Shown: positions 8,153 through 15,713 of the stretch, piece after piece
How the letters are laid out: each line of letters opens with the position of its first letter
How positions within the stretch are numbered: the first letter of the stretch is position 1
Assembly (NCBI GenBank): GCA_964592405.1
Contig: CAZQBY010000004.1
Coordinates: 1 to 17,933 of the forward strand
Reading direction: 5' to 3'
From: an uncultured archaeon
Lineage (GTDB): Archaea > Altiarchaeota > Altiarchaeia > JAFGQM01
Length of the DNA stretch: 17,933 bases
Position numbers and translations under genes: made by a program
The notes under the pieces: generated by a model
Database searches by the model: none
Seen by the model: the letters and a program-made list of their open reading frames with translations, nothing else
Told to the model about the DNA's origin: nothing

Positions 8153-9765
8153 AACAAGGGCTCAATATCAATCTCTGCTAGGGCAACAGGATATTCCAAG
8201 TGGAAGTTCTCTAGAACCTCTGGGCATACCTCTCCAAAAACACCTACGGGTTTCCTGCCGACAATAATCTCCCCACATCTTCCTTTTATGAATGTTGGTC
8301 TGTTAGCCTCCCTGAGTCTATAATCGACACCAAGGTTCCTCAGCAGGGCTTCGACCACAGATTGCATCTCCGAGAGATTTACTTCCTGCCTGAGGATCGC
8401 CATCCCCAATATCCGCCTGTTTTTACATTCCTTACGACTTGGAACCACGTCGTCCAACTCAAATATCCTCTGAGGTATACTCTTTTTCTTGTTGTTGGCC
8501 AGTGTATTCAGGAGAGAAGGTATAACAGAAGGCCGGATAACAGTAAATTCTTCTGTACGTGGATTTTTTATTCTGATCGGTTCGGCATCTATCTTTGCCA
8601 TTTTGAGAGCACTCGGATTTGTTAGCGTAAATGGAAGTGTTTCCTGGAAGCCCAATCCCAGCATCAAAATCTTTAGACTAAAACTTCTCTCCTCCAGAAT
8701 ATCCGGTTTTCCGATACTTGGAATATCTGTTTTTTCAGGTTTGAAGTTCTCATAACCATACGCTATTGCCAGATCTTCCACAATGTCTATGGGATGTAGC
8801 ACATCAGCCCTGTAACAGGGTATAAGAACCTCCAGAGAATCTGCATTTGCCTTCCCAACACCATAACCCATTCTCTTCAGAAGGCTGATCATGGTCTTTC
8901 TATCCAATTTCAGTCCAAGTAATTTATTTGCATAGGGCGTCTTTAGCTTCATTACTTCAGGCGACATGTCCAACTTCTGATTGTCAACAACCACAGAGAC
9001 TATCTGCCCACCACGGTCTGCAAGAGAAGCAAGCACAATGTTGAGTGCATGCTTCAAAGCAGGCTGGTTTGTCCCGGTCATCTCAATGAAAAGGTTAGAA
9101 GTCTGTTCCGTAACCCGCGTGCGTTCTGCATTGATTATGGGTGGCAGAGAGACGACTCCTCGCGCATCCAAAACAACAGGTAGCAGTTTCCGGCCCTCCA
9201 GGATGTGGCGATAGTCTATGCCTTTCGGATGTCTCTTGAGCACCTCGCCCAAGGTCATCTCCTCTGAAAAATCAAGCGGGATGAACGTCAATGAATCCGG
9301 CTTCACGGCCCTATACTCATAAGGCGGAGTGGTCTTATCAAAGTCATGTATTCCTATTGCCACCTTGGAGCGCTTTCTTCCATGAGAACCATGCAGAGCC
9401 TCCTGTATCTGAATGATGGACTGGATAATATCTTCACTCATAGGTAGGTTCTTGACTATGGCCGAGACAATGTAGGGTCTGATCAATTTGACACTGCTGT
9501 CAACAGCCAGCTTTATCAGCGAGTCTTCCACCTTATATTCCTTCAGGCCTACCTCCACACCTGTGAAGGTCTTATATGCGCGCGCAAAGCCCTCCACCGA
9601 GAGCATATCGGGTCGGTTTGGGAAAACCTCAACGACCATTCTGTCTTCTGTCACTTCCTCTACTCCTGTGCCAAGCATTGCTATGCGCTCTTCAAGCCTC
9701 CTGAGGGGAATCCTTTTGCCGACAAGCTGCATGAAGTCGCCAGTCCGGAATTCGACAGTAGGCAT
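8149..9765 (-). CDS. pheT: Phenylalanine--tRNA ligase beta subunit (archaeal type)
   Basis: MPTV start, NRPDMLSVEGFAR, GRKRSKVAIGIHD, SLPPIINA, YRADVLHPIDIVEDLAIAYGY, FIKGR..G.FGEV.PEVLENF.L. Convergent 4-bp overlap with the glycosylase gene. Confidence 0.97.
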   Translation of the reverse strand: MPTVEFRTGDFMQLVGKRIPLRRLEERIAMLGTGVEEVTEDRMVVEVFPNRPDMLSVEGFARAYKTFTGVEVGLKEYKVEDSLIKLAVDSSVKLIRPYIVSAIVKNLPMSEDIIQSIIQIQEALHGSHGRKRSKVAIGIHDFDKTTPPYEYRAVKPDSLTFIPLDFSEEMTLGEVLKRHPKGIDYRHILEGRKLLPVVLDARGVVSLPPIINAERTRVTEQTSNLFIEMTGTNQPALKHALNIVLASLADRGGQIVSVVVDNQKLDMSPEVMKLKTPYANKLLGLKLDRKTMISLLKRMGYGVGKANADSLEVLIPCYRADVLHPIDIVEDLAIAYGYENFKPEKTDIPSIGKPDILEERSFSLKILMLGLGFQETLPFTLTNPSALKMAKIDAEPIRIKNPRTEEFTVIRPSVIPSLLNTLANNKKKSIPQRIFELDDVVPSRKECKNRRILGMAILRQEVNLSEMQSVVEALLRNLGVDYRLREANRPTFIKGRCGEIIVGRKPVGVFGEVCPEVLENFHLEYPVALAEIDIEPLF

Positions 9766-9800
9766 TGCTTATTTAAGTATATCATGCTTAAAAGTAAGAT
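9766..9800. promoter_or_regulatory. Two interleaved divergent TATA boxes in a 35-bp spacer
   Basis: Plus TTATTTAAG at 9769-9777 and minus CTTTTAAG at 9794-9787, each about 22-24 bp from its own start codon. Confidence 0.55.
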
Positions 9801-10031
9801 ATGAAAGGCCTTGTTGCAGTTATGGTGTTGCTCTTGGCGGCCACGGTATTGGCCCAGGGGGTTGGCCAGAACGAAACTCCGGACTCAACAACAGATTTTA
9901 TTATGGATATAAACCCAGTAGTTCTAATAATAGCCGGTGTGGTACTCTTTTTTGCCTCAAACCTCGCCAAGCTGATAGCGATAGTACTGATACTGGTGGG
10001 GATAGCAAGTTTGATAATCTCTTCCATCTGA
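9801..10031 (+). CDS. Small membrane protein with signal peptide and C-terminal two-helix hairpin
   Basis: MK + hydrophobic + VLA-Q signal peptide, short polar linker, two hydrophobic helices; visibly similar to the next ORF. Confidence 0.8.
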   Translation: MKGLVAVMVLLLAATVLAQGVGQNETPDSTTDFIMDINPVVLIIAGVVLFFASNLAKLIAIVLILVGIASLIISSI

Positions 10032-10063
10032 AGATTTTTGTCTTCCCACTATCTATATAAACG

Positions 10064-10426
10064 ATGAAAAAAGCGGTTTTGGTAGTGATGTTATTCCTGC
10101 TGGTTCAGCTGGCGGTCGGTGTAAATGCTCTTAATGATTCTGAAAATGTTACAGAAACAAATGTCACTGAAACACAGAGTGACAACGTTTCTCTCCCATG
10201 GCTTCCACAAATCAATACGACAGAACTTGGTGAGAAGTTTAAGAACGCTACGGAAACCGGGGTAGGGCCCCTGGATCAGGCTATTAACTTTCTTTCGGAT
10301 GCCAGTCCGTTTCTGCTACTGATAATAGGTATTCTGCTGATAGTCTTGGCGGGCTTCGGTAAGATAATAGGAATAGTACTCATTGTGCTGGCCATCATTC
10401 GACTTATCTGGCTCATGTTCTTCTAG
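10064..10426 (+). CDS. Membrane protein with signal peptide, sequon-rich linker and C-terminal two-helix hairpin
   Basis: MKK signal peptide ending VNA; six N-x-S/T sequons; C-terminal hydrophobic hairpin. Confidence 0.82.
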   Translation: MKKAVLVVMLFLLVQLAVGVNALNDSENVTETNVTETQSDNVSLPWLPQINTTELGEKFKNATETGVGPLDQAINFLSDASPFLLLIIGILLIVLAGFGKIIGIVLIVLAIIRLIWLMFF

Positions 10427-10427
10427 A

Positions 10428-10565
10428 ATGCACGGTCTATGTGATATTTGCGGTGCGGAGTCAGTTCTCCAAACCTGCCGGCTGTGTGGTGCTAGGGTCT
10501 GCCCAGCATGTTTTGATCTGACTACGAACTTCTGCAGGCGTTGTTCTCGCGGAAAAACCTTCTAA
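10428..10565 (+). CDS. 45-aa zinc-finger microprotein with four CxxC motifs
   Basis: MHGLCDICG..TCRLCGARVCPACF..FCRRC. ATG 10428 is 1 nt after the upstream stop, so preferred over the track start at 10383. Confidence 0.78.
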   Translation: MHGLCDICGAESVLQTCRLCGARVCPACFDLTTNFCRRCSRGKTF

Positions 10566-10612
10566 TGATGATTTTTATAAGGTGAAAACGCTAAATTATA
10601 TGCCCAACTAAA

Positions 10613-10981
10613 ATGTTCATTAAGAAGGAAGAAGAACTATTTGACCTTGAGGCAGTTATGCCAAAGGAGTATAAGGAGGAAGCCCTAAAAGACTCTGGGG
10701 AAATTGTGACTGTGCCCCAGCCCGGGATTACTGACCTAACGCAGGTGTGCTACCTGTGTAGCAGGGGATCCCATGAGGCAGTCCTGATACCAGTTCTTCA
10801 TCGAGGAATTGAAAAATGGGTGTGCCCCAAGTGCCTCAAATCGGCTATAGATGCGGATTCCCAGTCCAGTTATTCCAGTTCACCAGAATTTGGAGTGGCT
10901 GGGAGTGGGCTCAGTAATGGTACGGGTGGGGGCTCAACAGAGAACAGCGAATACCGCAGCCCGATGTCGATGTTCGACTGA
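10613..10981 (+). CDS. Hypothetical protein with one Zn-binding module and a Ser/Gly-rich tail
   Basis: CYLC..LIP..G..KWVCPKCL; TATA-like TTTTTATAAG at about 10572-10581 upstream. Confidence 0.72.
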   Translation: MFIKKEEELFDLEAVMPKEYKEEALKDSGEIVTVPQPGITDLTQVCYLCSRGSHEAVLIPVLHRGIEKWVCPKCLKSAIDADSQSSYSSSPEFGVAGSGLSNGTGGGSTENSEYRSPMSMFD

Positions 10982-11000
10982 TTTACGGGTTATCAGGGAT

Positions 11001-12122
11001 TTACTGGTTTATCAGGGCATTGATCCTCTTTATAGCATTGAGTCTATCCCGGTTTCCCAGCTTTGCCTGTCTGATTGAATCACTCAGAGTCTCTATGACT
11101 TTCTCATAGTGCTCCAGGTTTGGTTTGTATGGAAACCCATCCTTTCCACCAAGGCAAAAACTGTATCTGCATGGATCCGTAAAGCTGGGTTCTTCACCAT
11201 AAATCAGATCTGACAAAAGTGCCAAACTCCTGACTGTGGCCGGACCAACACCCCTCATCCCAAGGAGCTGTTCAAAATCCTCAATCTTCTCCTCGTAAGT
11301 TCTCAGGAGTATCTGCCTGATTTGTTTGAGATTTATGTCCTCCAGCAAGACACGATGTCTCTTTGGCATCTCCAGAACAGGAAGCATATCAAAGTCATTT
11401 AGGGTTCTTTGTGCCCCATTCTTTATCTGCCTTGTGAGCCTTATGATCCATTCCGGGCTTTCTCCTGCCAAATCCACACAGGCCTTTCTGGAACCTTTGC
11501 TCTCTTTTGCTACCATATTGAGCGTCTTCCCAGTAGAGTCGCAGCATATAGCGTGGTGTGGCTCTTCGACAAAGCTCCTAACCTCCCCTCCCAGCCAGTG
11601 ATACCTGCGTGCATATTGTTTTTGTGGGTTCATACCCTGCTGTATAACTGCCCATTCCCCTCTTTCTGTCATAATCAGGCAGTGGTGGTAAAGATAAAAT
11701 CCATCTTGAACAGCTGCATTATCCACTTTGGCAGCGAGTTTGCTCGATTTCTTTAGGTTCTCAATCTTTTTTGTAGACAGGGAGAATGTCTCACTGTTTT
11801 TTTCAATATCATCAGGCGTCCTTTTTGAAGCCTTTCCTTTGCCCCCACATATTGCGATCCCCATTTCCTCCGGCTCAACAGCTGTCTTTAGGGCACCGAG
11901 GAGTGTGGTGGATACCCCCGAACTATGCCAGTCAAAGGCTATTGCACAGGAAAATGCCTGAAACCAGTAGGGGTCAGTGAGTCTTCTGAGGAACTCTTCC
12001 TGCGAGTATTCATGGATAATGACCTCTGTTATTGCCTTCGACAGGCGGGTCATCCTGTCAAAAAGCCATCGTGGACATTTGCCTCCGTGCAAGGGTAGAT
12101 TGGCTATGCCAGTCCGTCTCAT
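11001..12122 (-). CDS. DUF763 family protein
   Basis: RTGIANLPLHGGKCPRWLF, DPYWFQAFSC..FDWHSSG, GGKG, AKVDNAAVQDGF.LYHH, QQGMN..ARRYHW, GGKDGFPY. Start set at MRRTG (12122). Confidence 0.9.
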   Translation of the reverse strand: MRRTGIANLPLHGGKCPRWLFDRMTRLSKAITEVIIHEYSQEEFLRRLTDPYWFQAFSCAIAFDWHSSGVSTTLLGALKTAVEPEEMGIAICGGKGKASKRTPDDIEKNSETFSLSTKKIENLKKSSKLAAKVDNAAVQDGFYLYHHCLIMTERGEWAVIQQGMNPQKQYARRYHWLGGEVRSFVEEPHHAICCDSTGKTLNMVAKESKGSRKACVDLAGESPEWIIRLTRQIKNGAQRTLNDFDMLPVLEMPKRHRVLLEDINLKQIRQILLRTYEEKIEDFEQLLGMRGVGPATVRSLALLSDLIYGEEPSFTDPCRYSFCLGGKDGFPYKPNLEHYEKVIETLSDSIRQAKLGNRDRLNAIKRINALINQ

Positions 12123-12184
12123 ATAATCTACTATACCCAAAATACTATTAAAACTAACGGGGCTGTGAGCAGTGAGCAATAGTT

Positions 12185-15082
12185 TTATTGGGGACTTACA
12201 GACTGAGCGTTGTTATCCTCGTTGCATTCATCTAATGCGTTGTTGTAATCTGCCACCACGGTTGCAGTATAACTATCAACCCACCAGTCAAGCTGGTTGC
12301 AGGACTCCGGTCCGCTACCTGAGACTGTGCCAGATTTATAGAAGCTGGTAGTAAAGGTGCTGCTCTCTTGCCCGCTGTTCAGGGATGGTATGGACTCTGT
12401 CTGGCTGCCCACATTGGGGGATATCTCCACCTCTGCACTCGAAGCACCAGATGCAGCACTTCCAGTATTCCTTATCTTAAAGTTAACCTCACCCTCCAGC
12501 TCGCAGAAAGTCTCACATACTTCGCCCTGACAGGTGGTCGAGGCGCTACGATGAATGTTTGCCGAAAGTGAGCTGACATACAGGTCCGGACAGGGCGCTT
12601 GAACACATCTATAGCAACCGGTATCCTGATATTCTTCACAAATCTCGCCCGCATCACACTCACCTTCGCAGTTTGGATCTTCATATAAACCAGAACCGCA
12701 CTCTACATTCATACAATACCAACATTCGTATCCCTCATGGAAGGCGCAATAATCCGGCTCATCACACTCCTCTTCACATTCTCCCTGTGAATCATACATC
12801 CCTCTGTCAGCACATGTTTCTTCGGGTTGCCACTGCACACAATACCAGCAGTTGGTGCTCTCATCTATAGCGCAGTGGTCCGGATCCTCACACTCTGATT
12901 CACAATCACTTTGTGATCCATACATGCCCATGTCCTCGCACACCTCTGTCGGGGTACCACAGACATAGCATGGGACATCGGGATCCTCAACTACACACTC
13001 TTCTCCCTCTTCACACTCACCATCACAGTCTGAGGAGATATATTCACCCCTGCCGCAGATGCTCTGGAGATAGCAGCAGTCCGTGGCCTCGTCGCAGACA
13101 CACCTCTGATAACCCTTCCTTCTTTCCTCACACTCATCCGGAGTGTATTGGTTCTCCGGGCATCCCTCCTCTTCAATGCAGTACCAGCACTGGTCGTCGC
13201 CCATGATGCATGAGCCATCACAGCTTGCTTCACATTCAGTCTTATAGAAGAACCCATCCGGTCCACATTCTTTTTCCTCTGGTGGAGTTTCAATCAGTTC
13301 ACATTCGCAGTTCTGGTTGCATACCCCATTTTCCGGACATCCGGTTGGATCTGCTTTGGGATCGCATTCTTCATCCCCGTTTATCACCCCATCACCGCAT
13401 TTTGGTCCGCAGGTCAGCGGCAGACATTCACACTCCTGGCTGTCTATCTTTGGAGTCTGTTTCTTTTTGTACTCCTTGGCTACAGATAGCTTGGCTTTGG
13501 CTGACGCATGCGCCTCAGCTATTGAAACATATCCGTCCTTATCCGTATCTGCATGGACTGGATCATACATATCCTTAACATAGCCGTTGGTATAATCGCC
13601 ACCGTGCCATCTGCCGTTATTATCCTTGCCAAAGAATGCTACTTCATCGCTGGCAGAGGAGACTGCTACAGTTCTTCCGACTCCCTTGAGTATGTCAAAG
13701 AAGTTACCTGAATGGCATGACTCAATGACTATGCTCACATGGCAGCTCTTCTCTGGAGTCTTACAGTCCTCTTTGGGGCAGGCTGGCAGGTACTTGCTTA
13801 TGAGCTCGTCGAGCTTCTCCGGCGTGAGCACCTCCTTCCCACCCTTCTTACCATTGAGTATTATGCCGCCGCTGGGCCAGGTCTTGCCATACCTTCTCCC
13901 GCCCTTCCTCAAGCCGTGGCCTATGATGTATATCATGACCCTGTCAACGCACTTGACCTCGTTGCCTAACTTCTTGAACGCGGCTTCTATGCCCGCGAGG
14001 CTGCTGTAGCCGCCGGCCGTGACGCCGTTGTCCGACATCTCTCCAATCTCATCGTCCCAGTGCGGCGCTAGGTAATGCCCCCTGTCATAGCCCTGCTCAC
14101 CCAGCATCCGCCAGATATCATCTGCCGAGTCCATTGCCTGCCGTCTGCGACTGTTATCCCCTGCATTGATTACGATGGCATGATACTTCACAGGTGTGGT
14201 GCATGGACCTTCATTCGGCCCAGGACCTCTTGGTCCTCCACCACCTCCGCCGCCCGGTCCCTTGGGGCACCTGCAGTTCGCCTTACACTTACCCGGACAG
14301 GCCTTGTCATCTTTGCCGTCACATTGTTCACCGGCATCCTTCACATTATCACCACAAATCGGCTTCCTCTTGCCGCCACCACCACCTCTTTTGCGGTGTC
14401 CGGCGTTGAGTTCTACCAGAAAATCCTGTATCTCTCCATATTCAAAGGCCCCCTGTCCCTTCCAGTCCTTATAATCTATGGGTTTACGGGTTATTGCGAG
14501 CCGAGCCCATACCGGTGTGGGCATTATCATACCACTCCCCCAGTTGAACCAGTCTGTCTCTACCCATTCCGTAGAGCCGGGTGCTATTTCAATCTCTTGA
14601 TTCTGGATGGCCCACTCCTTGCCATTCTGTTTTCCACCCCATGTACCATTCTTATCAAAGTCAAACAGCACGTTTATATACCTTTTCCCTTTGGGGGCAG
14701 TATCATCTATCGTGACCTTGAACTTGAGCCGGGCCTTGGCCGGGATGCTGACCGCCATGATTAGAAGATAAACCGGATCATCCCTGTCAGTGTCCACCAG
14801 ATTCTGAATGCCGTCCGGATCAGCCGGATCGTTGGCATCGTCTTCGGCGCTGACCTCTGTGCCTATCATCTCACCACCGGGCTTAAGGATATGGCCGCCT
14901 ATCAGGCCAGAGGTGCTGTTATATAGCGTTGGAAACCTTCCGGCAATTCCCGGATATGCATCCATACCATCCGGCGCATCGCCATAATCGCCGTTTGGGG
15001 CTTGTGCTTGTGCAGAAACAAAACCAAAGAAGACTATAGACACAACAGCTGCAAGTATCCACAATCCTTTCCTATCCATCAT
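12185..15082 (-). CDS. Large secreted multidomain clan CD cysteine peptidase (GEVED-like, caspase/C13-like, Cys-rich repeats, CARDB-like)
   Basis: Signal peptide; DYGDAPD..FDFDKNGTW..WARL..GEIQD; two CGDxxxxxxExCD modules; YIIGHG (His389) and IVIESCHSGNF (Cys456) dyad; DTDKDGYVSIAEA Ca-loop; six Cys-rich repeats; PDLYV..VADYNNALDECNEDNN C-terminus. Confidence 0.85.
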   Translation of the reverse strand: MMDRKGLWILAAVVSIVFFGFVSAQAQAPNGDYGDAPDGMDAYPGIAGRFPTLYNSTSGLIGGHILKPGGEMIGTEVSAEDDANDPADPDGIQNLVDTDRDDPVYLLIMAVSIPAKARLKFKVTIDDTAPKGKRYINVLFDFDKNGTWGGKQNGKEWAIQNQEIEIAPGSTEWVETDWFNWGSGMIMPTPVWARLAITRKPIDYKDWKGQGAFEYGEIQDFLVELNAGHRKRGGGGGKRKPICGDNVKDAGEQCDGKDDKACPGKCKANCRCPKGPGGGGGGGPRGPGPNEGPCTTPVKYHAIVINAGDNSRRRQAMDSADDIWRMLGEQGYDRGHYLAPHWDDEIGEMSDNGVTAGGYSSLAGIEAAFKKLGNEVKCVDRVMIYIIGHGLRKGGRRYGKTWPSGGIILNGKKGGKEVLTPEKLDELISKYLPACPKEDCKTPEKSCHVSIVIESCHSGNFFDILKGVGRTVAVSSASDEVAFFGKDNNGRWHGGDYTNGYVKDMYDPVHADTDKDGYVSIAEAHASAKAKLSVAKEYKKKQTPKIDSQECECLPLTCGPKCGDGVINGDEECDPKADPTGCPENGVCNQNCECELIETPPEEKECGPDGFFYKTECEASCDGSCIMGDDQCWYCIEEEGCPENQYTPDECEERRKGYQRCVCDEATDCCYLQSICGRGEYISSDCDGECEEGEECVVEDPDVPCYVCGTPTEVCEDMGMYGSQSDCESECEDPDHCAIDESTNCWYCVQWQPEETCADRGMYDSQGECEEECDEPDYCAFHEGYECWYCMNVECGSGLYEDPNCEGECDAGEICEEYQDTGCYRCVQAPCPDLYVSSLSANIHRSASTTCQGEVCETFCELEGEVNFKIRNTGSAASGASSAEVEISPNVGSQTESIPSLNSGQESSTFTTSFYKSGTVSGSGPESCNQLDWWVDSYTATVVADYNNALDECNEDNNAQSVSPQ
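12594..13271 (-). repeat. About six tandem acidic Cys-rich protein repeats within the peptidase gene
   Basis: Approximate unit C-x4-6-Y-x3-5-C-x3-C-x3-5-C-x6-8-C-[WY]-x-C; one unit is degenerate. The two closest copies (CEDMGMYGSQSDCESECEDPDHC..CWYC and CADRGMYDSQGECEEECDEPDYC..CWYC) are 126 nt apart. Confidence 0.85.
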
Positions 15083-15672
15083 ATAGCCTGTATCTCAATA
15101 ACTCCTCCGCAGTCTTCTCCGGCATTGAACATGTCCTCACCGTTTATGTCTGGAGGCCATGACTCCTCATACACGGTCTTCTCACCGGTCGAGGCATCTA
15201 TAAATATGTATCTAACATCGTGCTCGAAGAATGCACCCGGAACCTCATCAACATAGGCAAACCACACCGGGCCTTTAACAGAATACTTGTCTGGATCTCC
15301 TTGTGTAGCTACCTTGTCGCCAGATTGCAGTTGCCTGCAGAATAAGTATGCTATTTCGTTGCCGGTCCTGAAGGCCTCTTCTATCACGGCCTCCATAGCT
15401 CCATTTTCAGAAACTGTTGAGCTCCCTCCGGGGGTTCCAACATCTACCAAACCACCTCCCGGCTCATGGGGCTGTGCTGTTTCACCGCCGGACGGTCCGC
15501 GGGGGCCTGTTGGCAAGAAGTCTTTTGCCCAAAAAGCGATAAATAAGAGGATTACAATCACAACAACAAGGCCTATCACAAGGCCTCCCGCTCTTACAGC
15601 CTTGCTTTTGTGTGCACTTTCTTTGTTCCCGGGGGGTGTTTGTGTATTTCCCGCTCCACCACCCTCTGCCAT
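15079..15672 (-). CDS. Membrane-anchored protein translationally coupled to the peptidase
   Basis: N-proximal TM helix, Pro/Gly linker, then a domain with WFAYVDEVPGAFFEHDVRYIFIDASTG. Its TGA overlaps the peptidase ATG (ATGATG). TATA-like TTTTTAAAG on the minus strand at 15705-15713. Confidence 0.82.
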   Translation of the reverse strand: MAEGGGAGNTQTPPGNKESAHKSKAVRAGGLVIGLVVVIVILLFIAFWAKDFLPTGPRGPSGGETAQPHEPGGGLVDVGTPGGSSTVSENGAMEAVIEEAFRTGNEIAYLFCRQLQSGDKVATQGDPDKYSVKGPVWFAYVDEVPGAFFEHDVRYIFIDASTGEKTVYEESWPPDINGEDMFNAGEDCGGVIEIQAI

Positions 15673-15713
15673 TTTGAGAATCAGCAGGATAATTATGGGG
15701 AAGGCTTTAAAAA

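Noticed and set aside
9788-10027. 79-aa minus-strand ORF opposite the small membrane gene
   Set aside because: The plus-strand ORF has a signal peptide, a TM pattern and an adjacent paralogue; the minus ORF has no such support.
12123-12179. 19-aa N-terminal extension of the DUF763 protein
   Set aside because: The family-like start is MRRTG at 12122, and the extension is AT-rich promoter-like DNA.
15077-15084. Frameshifted single gene joining the 197-aa protein and the peptidase
   Set aside because: The downstream ORF has its own complete signal peptide, and an ATGA overlap is ordinary translational coupling.
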